Of a stretch of 64,000 bases of DNA, positions 11,931 to 21,869 are shown piece after piece (position 1 is the stretch's first letter; each line of letters starts with the position of its first letter). The stretch spans positions 785,354,001 through 785,418,000 of the forward strand of contig NW_027362761.1 of NCBI RefSeq assembly GCF_046119375.1. Direction: 5' to 3'. The notes under the pieces were generated by a model that searched no databases, was not told where the DNA came from, and saw only the letters and a list, made by a program, of their open reading frames with translations. This DNA comes from Phyllobates terribilis (taxonomy: Eukaryota). The translations under genes and the position numbers were made by a program.

Positions 11931-13142
11931 ACGACCATAGTATACCTGTGTACCATCAGAATATATATATATCTAATGGATTTATTCCTTCTCCAGTCAC
12001 AATAACTCGTGTATCTGTAGAGGCAGCCTGTGTGTTCTGTGCCAGTTCTCACCAGATCACATTCGCTGCCATTACACGGTGTCGGTGGGTTTTGTGCCCC
12101 CTCATTTTCATTGGCCCTGCAATGTGTGTGATCCACTGGAGAAAATAATGGGGGTCCATGGGATAGCAGGGGTCCAAGCAGTCACCAAGGGATCTCCAAC
12201 CTGTGCCTCGGGGCTGTCCGCCAGCCTGGGGTGGGGGTCTCCAGATGGTGACTTGTGAGCAGCCCCCCACAGAAGAGCAAACCTGGAGGCAAATCCTGGC
12301 CTTGGGGTGGAGAGGGAACGGAAAGGACACTCCAGCCTTTTTTTACCGTCACAACTGGTTAGGTATCAGTAAGGCCTCATTCACACGTCCGTGTTGCATC
12401 AGTTTTTTTCACAGCTATCACATGTAACCATTATAACCTATGCTGCTATGCGCCTTGAATTTTGCTTGTGTGTCGCCGCGTCATTACTAGCAGGCACTGC
12501 GCACTGCACGCTGCCATGTCTGGTAAAGAGACGGCCATCTAACCGCGCCAGCGGCCCTGCACAGCCACATGGAAGAGGAGCTGGATGGGACACAGGCCGG
12601 GGCCAGTGAACGAGGCTTATTGTCGACTTCCCTAATCCCCATATTAAAGGGAACCTGTCACATACTATCTACACTGCCCCCATTGCTTTGTTAGTGATCA
12701 CTAACAAGCTTTTTTAATTAAAATCGGTGGTAGTATAATGATGTTATAACATTATATACACTTTGTCCTACCTGCTCGTTCAGTCATAGGGGTGTGATTC
12801 TCACATTCAGTCACTGCTGGGGCCGCCTATGTATTTGAATATTGCTCCCGGCAAGCGCTATTATTGTGGGGCGCATTTGTACATGCCCGGCTGCTGGTCC
12901 CACGCATGCGCAGTGAGGCTGTGTGATTATCAGCCTCACTGCGCACTCCCAGGGAACAGAGGGTCATAGCGCATGGCAGTGAAGCTGATAATCACACAGC
13001 CTCACTGCCCAGGCGCGGTGTGTATATTGGCGAGCCGCAGTTGCGCAGTGTGTATATTGGCCAGCCACGCTTGCCCAGTGTGTATATTGGCCAGCCGCAC
13101 TTGCGCAGTGTGTCATGGCCAGCCGCGCTTGCCCAGTGTGTA

Positions 13143-14601
13143 CAGGGTTGTCCAAAAGTAGGTGGACAGAAAGTGTAATAAGGTTATGAATGGGGAGATT
13201 TATCAAACATGGTGTAAAGTGAAACTGGCTCAGTTGCCCTTAGCAACCAATCAGATTCCACTTTTCATTCCTCACAGACTGTTTGGAAAATAAAAGATGG
13301 AATCTGATTGGTTGCTAAGGGCAACTGAGCCAGTTTCACAGATCTAGTTTTCACAGATAGATCTCCCCCAAATCTGTTTTCTTTTCAGATAATTCAGATA
13401 ACACATAATGGCAAATAATTTAAATACAGATCAAAGAAAATGGATTTTAACAGAGTATTGGAAATCTCAAAATGCTGAAACCGTTAGAGCAAATTGGGTT
13501 GAAACATTTGGTACTCAAGCCCCAAAGAGACAAACCATTTACCGCATTCGTGACAAATTCAATGCCACTGGCTCAATTCTTAATGCTCCAAAAACTGGTC
13601 GACCCAAACAGTCTGTATAGAAGATAATAAACAACTTGTTGCTGAAACATTTGTTCAGAGTCCAAAAAAGTCCACCAGAAGAGCCTCTGTGGAATTGGGA
13701 ATTTCATGAGCTTCTATCATGCGAATCCTGAAATCTATTGGGTGGAAAGCTTATCGTCCACGTCTAACTCATGGTTTATTGATGGATGATCCAGACAGGC
13801 GGCTGCAATTTAGTGAGATTATGCTTAACGAAATTGAAGAAAATCCAGTAATTTTAGATAACATTATGTGGAGTGATGAAGCTTCTTTCAAATTCTCCGG
13901 CCATAGTAACAGACATAATTGTATTTACTGGTATAATGAGAACATGCATTTAACATTAGAGCAACAACTAAATGAGCCTGGTGTCAATGTTTGGGGTGGT
14001 ATTTCAAGTTTTGGTGTTTTAGGACCAATATTTTTTGATGGAACAGTCACAGGAGATAAGTATCTCGAAATTCTAACAAATCAAGTTGTTCCCCAGTTAC
14101 AGCCACAGCCTAATTCAAATTACCTTTATTTCCAACAAGATGGGGCCCCTCCACATTATTCAAGAGTAGTCCGCGAGTATCTTGATGAAATATTTCCTAA
14201 TAAATGGATTGGCCGAAGAGGCCCACTTGATTGGCCAGCACGTTCACCAGACTTGACCCCAATGGATTTTTTCTTTTGGGGAGTACTAAAGGACAAAGTT
14301 TATAGTCGAAAACCAAAGTGTCAGTGATTTGAAAAATTACATAAGAGATGCATTTCAAGAAATTAATACCCAAAGAGACTTGTGCAAAAAAGTTTGTCGA
14401 AGCGTAAGAGGCAGACTTCAAAGCTGTGCAAATTGTAATGGAAAACAGTTTGAGCACCTGCGTTGATAAAATTTAAGGGCTTTTGTATTATTTTTCAGAA
14501 TAAAATTTAATTGTCAATGTTATTCTTGTGTTAGTAAATATAATTTTATAAATAAATCAAAATGTTATTATTTTCTGTCTACCTACTTTTGGACCACCCT
14601 G
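13143..14601 (+). mobile_element. DD41D (rosa/Visitor-type) Tc1/mariner transposon, inactivated
   Basis: 30-bp TIRs cagggttgtccaaaagtaggtggacagaaa (28/30 identical) and TA TSD. Transposase has WSDE, QQD-41 residues-D (WPARSPDLTPMDFFFWG). Frameshift near 13615, TGA near 13708, frameshift near 14320. Confidence 0.9.
13192..13368. mobile_element. Small palindromic MITE inside the mariner 5' region
   Basis: ggggagatttatc ... gatagatctcccc termini. Perfect 41-bp internal inverted repeat, 13220-13260 vs 13298-13338. Confidence 0.7.
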
Positions 14602-14834
14602 TATATTGGCCAGCTACGCTTGTGCAGTGTGTCATGCCCATTCGCACTTGCCCACTGTGTATAGTGGCCAGCCGCACTTGCGCAGTGTGTCATGGCCAGC
14701 CGCTCTTGCCCAGTGTGTATATTGGCAAGCCGCGCTCGTGCAGTGTGTATATTGGCCAGCAGTGCTTGCGCAGTGTATCATGGCCAGCTGCGCTTGTATA
14801 TTGGCCAGCCGTGCATGCGCAGCTCCCAGATCAA

Positions 14835-15552
14835 CAATGCACAAGCGCTGCTGGTCAATATACACACTGCGCAAGCACTGCTGGCCAATATACACACTGC
14901 GCAAGCGCTGCTGGCCAATATACACATTGCGCAAGCGCCGCTGGCCAATATACACACTGCACAAGCGCTGCTGGCCAATATACACACTGCACAAGCGCCG
15001 CTGGCCAATATACACACTGCGCAAGCGCCGCTGGCCAATATACACACTGCGCAAGCGCCGCTGGCCAATATACACACTGCGCAAGCGCTGCTGCCCAATA
15101 TACACACTGCGCAAGCGCCGCTGGCCAATACACACTGCGCAAGCGCCGCTGGCCAATATACACTGCGCAAGCGCCGCTGGCCAATATACACTGCGCAAGC
15201 GCTGCTGGCCAATATACACTGCGCAAACGCTGCTGGCCAATATACACTGCGCAAGCGCTGCTGGCCAATATACACACTGCACAAGCGCTGCTGGCCAATA
15301 TACATACTGCACAAGCGCCGCTGGCCAATATACACACTGCGCAAGCGCCGCTGGCCAATATACACACTGCGCAAGCGCCGCTGGCCAATATACACTGCGC
15401 AAGCGCCGCTGGTCAATATACACATTGCGCAAGCGCCGCTGGCCAGTATACACACTGCGCAAGCGCCGCTGGCCAGTGTAAACACTGCGCAAGCGCCGCT
15501 GGCCAATGTACACACTGCGCAAGCGCCGCTGGCCAATGTAAACACTGCGCAG
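14835..15552. repeat. 30-bp minisatellite (ctggccaatatacacactgcgcaagcgccg) with 28-bp variants, about 24 copies
   Basis: Direct reading. It produces the 10-aa periodic ORFs in the track. Confidence 0.95.
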
Positions 15553-15647
15553 TTTAGATACTACACAGGACATGACAGGTTTCCTTTAAATTGCATCAAC
15601 ATTTATATAGGAGATATAAACCCTATAAAAATCATGTCAGTCATATA

Positions 15648-17218
15648 CACTGCTCAAAAAAATAAAGGGAACACTTAAACAACACAATGTAACTCCAAGT
15701 CAATAACACTTCTGTGAAATCTACCTGTCCAGTTATGAAGCAACACTGATTGTGAATCAATTTCTCCTGCTGTTGTGCAACTGGAACAGACAACTGGTAG
15801 AAATGATAGGCAATTAGCAAGATACCCCCTATAAAGGAGTGGTTCTGCAGGTGGTGACCACAGACCATTTCTCTGTTCTCATCCTTTTTGGCTGTTGTTT
15901 TGGTCACTTTTTCATTTTGCCATTGCTCTCACTCCTAGAGGTACAGTAGGAGTGAGGCGGTGTCTACAGTACAACCCACAGAAGTTGCTCAGGTAGTGCA
16001 GTTCATCCAGGATGGCACATCAGTGCGAGCTGTGGCAAGAAGGGTAGCTGTGTCTGTCAGCACAGTGTCCAGAGCATGGAGCAGATACCAGGAGATGTGG
16101 AGGAAGCCATAGGAGGGCAACAACCCAGCAGCAGGACCATTACCTCCTCCTTTGTACAAGGAGGAACAGGAGGAGCACTGCCAGAGTCCTGCAAAATGAC
16201 CTCCAGCAGGCCACAAATGTGCATGTGTCTGCACAAACGGTTAGAAACCAACTCCATGAGGGTGGTTTGAGGGCCCGACGTCCACAGATGGGAGTTGTGC
16301 TCACAGCCCAACACCGTGCAGGACGCTTGGCATTTGCCACAGAACACCAGGATTGGCAAAATCGCTACTGGCGCCCTGTGCTCTTCAAAGATGAAAGCAG
16401 GTTCACAGTGAGCACATGTGACAGACGTGACAGCCTGGAAACGCCGTGGAGAGCGATCTGCTGCCTGCAACATCCTTCAGCATGACCGGTTTGGCAGTGG
16501 GTCAGTAATGGTGTGGGGTGGCATTTCTTTGGAGGGCCGTACAGCCCTCCATGTGCTCGCCAGAGGTAGCCTGACTGCCATTAGGTACCAAGATGAGATC
16601 CTCAGACCCCTTGTTGGACCATATGCTGGTTCGGTTGGCCCTGGGTTCCTCCTAATGCAAGACAATGCCAAACCTCATGTGGCTGGAGTGTGTCAGCAGT
16701 TCCTGCAAGATGAAGGCATTGAAGCTATGGAATAGCCCGCCCGTTCCCCAGACCTGAATCCAATTGAGCACATCAGGGAAATCATGTCTCACTGCATCCA
16801 CTAACGTCACATTAAACCACAGACTATCCAGGAGTTGGCGGATGCTTTAGTCCAGGCCTGGGAGGAGATCCCACAGGAGACTATCTGCAACCTCATCAGG
16901 ATCATGCCCAGGCATTGTAGGGAGGTCATACAGGCACGTGGAGGCCACACACAATACTCAGCCTCATTTTGACTTGTTTTAAGGACATTACATCAAAGTT
17001 GGATCAGCCTGTAGTATATTTTTCCACTTTAATTTTGGGGGTGACTCCAAATCCAGGCCTCCATTGGTTAATAAATGTGATTTCCATTGATGATTTTTGT
17101 GTGATTTTGTTGTCAGCACATTCAACTTTGTACAGAACAAAGTATTCAATGAGAATATTTCATTCATTCAGATCTAGGATGTGTTATTTAAGTGTTCCCT
17201 TTATTTTTTTGAGCAGTG
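15648..17218 (+). mobile_element. Full-length but pseudogenised Tc1 DD34E transposon
   Basis: TA|cactgctcaaaaaaataaagggaacactt ... aagtgttccctttattttttt gagcagtg|[13 protein letters not shown]-34-E (SPDLNPIEH). Multiple stops and frameshifts. Confidence 0.95.
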
Positions 17219-18203
17219 TACAATGTAACCTAATATTTGCTGAAAAACCAACTTTTATTTAATATGCAAATGAGGGCACTTTGGTACACCCTAATATTTG
17301 TATATTAATGCCAGTCCCTTGTCTTGACTGACAGCTCACCATTGGTAAGAGCGAGTGCTAAAATCAGTTTGCGTGTCTGCTCTCTTGGTGCGCTATGACG
17401 TCTGGCTTTCCCCTATCATCAGCCGCTGTACGACACCCCTGGCAGTGTAGCGAGCAGGAGAGGGAGCTGTGATGTGCACATGCTGTCTGCTCACACTTCA
17501 ACGCCTACTCCTCCTCACTGAAGCCGTGCCAGCAATAGCCAAAGAGGCAAGAACCAAGCATCAGTATACGCACACAGCCACACTGACTAAGCGTTGTGTT
17601 AGTGCACAAGCAGAGACATGCATACTGATTTTATACAGCGGTGCGCTGTCAATCAAAATAAGGGATTGATTATAAACTGAATCTGTCAGTAGGATCGACC
17701 CTCCTAAACTGTCTATATTGGCATGCAGGTCATAGGAAGCTGAATAAAATACCTTGATAGTTGCAATCCAGGGAATCCACACTTTTCCTATATCTAAATC
17801 AGCTGTTAAGATCTATGGGCCAGACACTGATCTCCCTGAGAATCTGCCTCCAGAGCTTATTTGAAATCAAGGTGCGTGTTACCAGTGCGAGACATGTAGA
17901 TTAGGAGAGCAGACTGTCAGTCATTACATGTATCACACTGGTAGTTTCCCCTTTTTTTAAAATAAGCTTTGGAGGCCGATTCTCAGGGAGATCTATGTCC
18001 GTCCAATAGATTTTAACAGATCATTTACATATTGAGAAAAATGTGGATTTTTTTGGAATAAGACATTGTATCAAGGTATCATTTTATTTAACCTTCTATG
18101 ACCTGTATGCCCATATAGACGGCTTAGGAGGGATGATCCTACTGCAAACAGAAGAGTGTAATGGTGCTCAAAGGCATAGGACACACCAAAGTGCACCGAA
18201 GCA

Positions 18204-18532
18204 CAGGGCTGTGGAGTCGGTAAGCCAAACTTCCGACTCCTCAATTTCCATGACACTGACTCCACGACTCCTTCATACATGGCTCATGTTTAAGTGATAA
18301 ATTTACTGTAGCACAGATTCATCTGAGCTAAAAGTCCAGACCCTTAGATCAGGAATAGGACAGACATTTATAGGACATTTCATAACTTTCCCAAATTCTT
18401 AAAATTATTCCCCACAAACTGCATTGAACTACTGTATCCAATTTATTATATATTTTAGGAGTTGGAGTCGGGCCATTTTATACCGACTCCGATTCCGACT
18501 CCATCAAAATGGGCTCCGACTCCACAGCCCTG
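18204..18532. mobile_element. hAT-type MITE with 8-bp TSD
   Basis: ccgaagca|cagggctgtggagtcgg ... ccgactccacagccctg|ctgaagca. Second copy at 53820-54154. Confidence 0.85.
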
Positions 18533-19704
18533 CTGAAGCACCCTCATTTGAATATTAAAAGTAGATTTTTCAGCAAATATTAAGTTAAACTGTATATGCC
18601 TGTGTGATATCCCACAAAGTGGCCATTTCTATGGGATACTGAATATATAGTGTGTTTCATATAAATGCTGTGTTTTTTTTGTGCAAACTGTGCATTTTAA
18701 ATACACTGTGAGACCTGCTCACAGGCAGCACAAAAAAGGGTTAATCTTCCTCTCACAGGCTTGATCATGTGACCCAGCTCTGTTTAATATGCAGAAGCTT
18801 CTGGAAAAACGCCTCTGGGCCGTCAGCCAATGACTGCAGCTCTAACAGTCACATGGGAGTGGGAGGAGCTAAGTCCTGTGAGGTAGTTAAGGATTAAAGT
18901 GGCAGTTGGTGGCCAGACATTTTGAGAAGAGGAAGCCATTTTGTAGGTGAAGGAGTTACCTACCTTATCCCTTACTGCTGTGCTTAAAAGGGGGACGAAC
19001 ACAATAAAGGGAACTAATAGTCTTCATATTAGGAAGACTACAATTGCACCTCTAGGAGGAAGAATTACCTCAGGGCAGAGAAAGAGAACAGTGCTGAGGA
19101 AGAAATATTCAGATTTGATGAAACCAGAGGTTACCAGGATCTGTCTGTCTGCAGGTACACAGCAGTCTTCAACCGTGAGTGTAATCCTGTACCTCAGTTC
19201 CCCACCGTTTGTGAATAAGAATTTGCCCCATTATCCTCAGTAAAGAGACTTCTGTTTAAGTTCTTAAAGGCTTCTTTATGACTGGGGCTCGGGTGCACAG
19301 ACTACTATCATCACCCTCTACCTGGACGCATTTAGTGGAAAAACATTATATTGTGGAGTTTCATGTGGGTGTGTAATTTGAGAAGAGAGGACTCTTCTCC
19401 TGACAGAAAACTGGCCACAACGAGATACAGTGTATACTGCGAGGAGTACAGCACCCTGCCATACACCACATGACATTACCACACCTGGTATGATTTTTAT
19501 GGGGATTATGCCCCCCTATGTAAATGTTTATGCAGTTTAACTGGCATTTTTGGTGGTGACAGTCTTATCCATCATGCAGTAGCATCAGGGAGATTTCTGA
19601 TTGGCTCCAAATTTATTCTGCAGTAGTACAATGACCCAAAATATACATGAAAAACAATAACCACATAAGGAAGTAGAATAAGGAGACCTGGAAATGATAT
19701 GATG

Positions 19705-20722
19705 ATTGATGATTATGGCTTACAGCCAATGAAAACACAAAAGTCACTATCTCAGTAAATTAGAATACTTTATAACAACAGCTGGAAATATGTTTTTAAA
19801 ATCCTAAATGTTGGCCTACTGAAATGTATGTTCAGTAAATGCACTCAATACTTGGTCGGGGCTCCTTTTGCATCAATTACTGCATCAGTGCGGCGTGGCA
19901 TGGAGGCGATCAGCTTGTGGCACTGCTGAGGTATTAGCCCAGGTATTCTATCAAAGCCCAGGTTGCTTTGATAGAAGCCTTCAGCTCATCTGCATTGTTG
20001 GGTCTGGTGTCTCTCCTCTTCCTCTTGACAGTACCCCATAGATTCTCTATGGGGTTAAGGTCAGGCGAGTTTGCTGGCCAATCAAGCACAGTGATACTGT
20101 TGTTTTTAACCCAGATATTGGTACTTTAGGCAGTGTGGACAGGTTCCAAGTTCTGCTGGAGAATGAAATTTCCATCTCTAAAAAGCTTTTCAGCAGAGGG
20201 AAGCATGAAGTGCTCTAAAATTTCCTGATGGATGGCTGCTCTGACTTTGGTCTTCATAAAACACAGTGGACCTACACCAGCAGATGACATGGCTCCCCAA
20301 ACCATCACTGATTGTGGAAACTTCACACTAGACCTCAAGCAGCTTGGATTGTGTGCCTCTCCACTCTTCCTCCAGACTCTGCGACCTTGTGGAGTGTGTC
20401 AATGACTGCCTTCTGGACATCTGTCAAGTTAGCAGTTTTCCCCAAGATTGTGGAGCCTACTGAAACAGACTAAGGGACCTTTTTAAATGCTTAGGAAGCC
20501 TTTGCAGGTGTTTTTTGTTAATTATTGTCATTTACTGAGATAATGACTTTTGTGTTTTCATTGGCTGTAATCCATAATCATCAACATTAACAGAAATAAA
20601 CACTTGAAATAGATCACTCTGTCTGTAATGACTCTATATAATATATGAATTTCACTTTTTGGATTGAAGAACTTAAATAAATTCACTTTTTGATGATATT
20701 CTAATTTTGTGAGATGCACCTC
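19705..20722 (-). mobile_element. Internally deleted Tc1 DD34E transposon (same family as 988-1900)
   Basis: VMVWGAMSSAGVGPLCF and FILQQN. Collinear with 988-1900. TIR end gagatgcacctc|TA. Confidence 0.85.
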
Positions 20723-21225
20723 TACTTCAAAACTGTGTATAAGTGTATCTAGAAGATTTGATGAGAAAGGGTGAACATACACATACACGGTGCGTCAGCA
20801 CACTGCCATAGAATACATGAACTCCAATATTGCTAAAAACATACGTAGCTAGCGTTTTTTTTTAATCAAAGAGCGCAAAAACCATCCAGCCACGTCAAGG
20901 TGTATCTTTAATATGGATGGTCCCTAAACACCAATGACCTACCTCTCCTTGTTCCAAACAGGGCTTCATCTGAATGGGGAGTGAAAAGGAAACCAGACAT
21001 ACCTTGCAATTAAAATTTTATGTGGGAAAAATAGGTGGATAAGGTTGCTGAGCCCTGAAGGGGCCCAACCCCCAAGATGTACTAAAGAAAAGTAGTGGCT
21101 TTAGCGTATTTGTGCACATGTACATTAATTTAATACCACAGATGTGCAGACCCTATCTTTTCTTTTTTTAAGACAAAGGGCAGTCACACTAAATATTAAA
21201 TTGATTTAGATTAGTGTTGTTCACC

Positions 21226-21745
21226 TGTCACAGGGATACCGCAACATAGTGGGGTCAGACGATCGCAGCGTCTGGTGACACATACACCTGCGGTAGTTAG
21301 AACGGCTTCACCGTCCTATTAGCAGTTCTGGCTTTCTTTGCTCTGGCGCTGCAAGGGTTAAACTGCTTAGTTGGACTCCTGGAGTTCTAGTCTTGGGTGT
21401 TATCAGCTGTTCTGAGTTCCTTACTCCCAGCAAGTATAAGAACCCTCCTCCTTGCTTCTGACCTTGCTAGTGATAGTTTATTCTGCCTGGTTTGGTGTTG
21501 GAGTGGGTAGTGTTTGGAGTAGGCTTTTGGAGAGTTGTTCTGGAGATTGCTGAGTGGAGTTGGTTTAAGCGCTTATCCTCATCCTCCATTTGGTTTCTCC
21601 TACCTATCCCTCCCTTGTGTTCCACTCTGTTGCTTTGTGAGTGTTGATTTGTATGGTAGTTTTGTTTTATCCCTGTCTGGTTAGTGTAAGCCTATACCCT
21701 TCGGCCTCACACCTACCTGGATGGGGGAGGGAACAGATAAGGGGT
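21226..21745 (+). mobile_element. Possible Gypsy-like solo LTR fragment
   Basis: Starts TGTCAC, has a TATA-like gtataag and a T-rich U5-like tract. No clear 3' ACA or TSD. Confidence 0.3.
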
Positions 21746-21869
21746 AAGATACAAAGAAACAAAAAACACCTCCATATAGTGTGAACATAACATAAAAAAG
21801 AATGGAACAAAGTAGCACTCTGTAAGGGCCAAGATACTGTATATGCAAACACACGGAGTACATGCTGGG

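Larger units (their letters stand above)
13010..14810. repeat. 30-bp minisatellite, degenerate left array (reverse orientation), interrupted by the mariner
   Basis: Units such as gcgcagtgtgtatattggccagc are the reverse complement of the 14835-15552 unit. Confidence 0.8.
12648..15585. mobile_element. T2/Kolobok-type composite element with TTAA target duplication, hosting inverted satellites and a mariner
   Basis: TTAA|agggaacctgtca ... tgacaggtttcct|TTAA. Left arm is homologous to the 6946 MITE. Confidence 0.7.
15635..18600. mobile_element. Long palindromic MITE (centre ~17905) with two nested insertions
   Basis: 17221-17290 is inverted to ~18535-18600, and 17690-17860 is inverted to 17950-18140. 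Outer termini not resolved. Confidence 0.6.

Noticed and set aside
14835-15552. CRISPR-like regular 30-bp repeats (also the 33-bp array at 46349)
   Set aside because: Units are contiguous with no unique spacers, there are no cas genes, and the context is vertebrate.
14562-15678. Six overlapping 177-331 aa ORFs on both strands
   Set aside because: They come from a stop-poor 30-bp minisatellite (10-aa periodicity in every frame), not from genes.
19300-19560. Possible very old Tc1 transposase relic (TPGM...G)
   Set aside because: Too degenerate to support, and no termini found.
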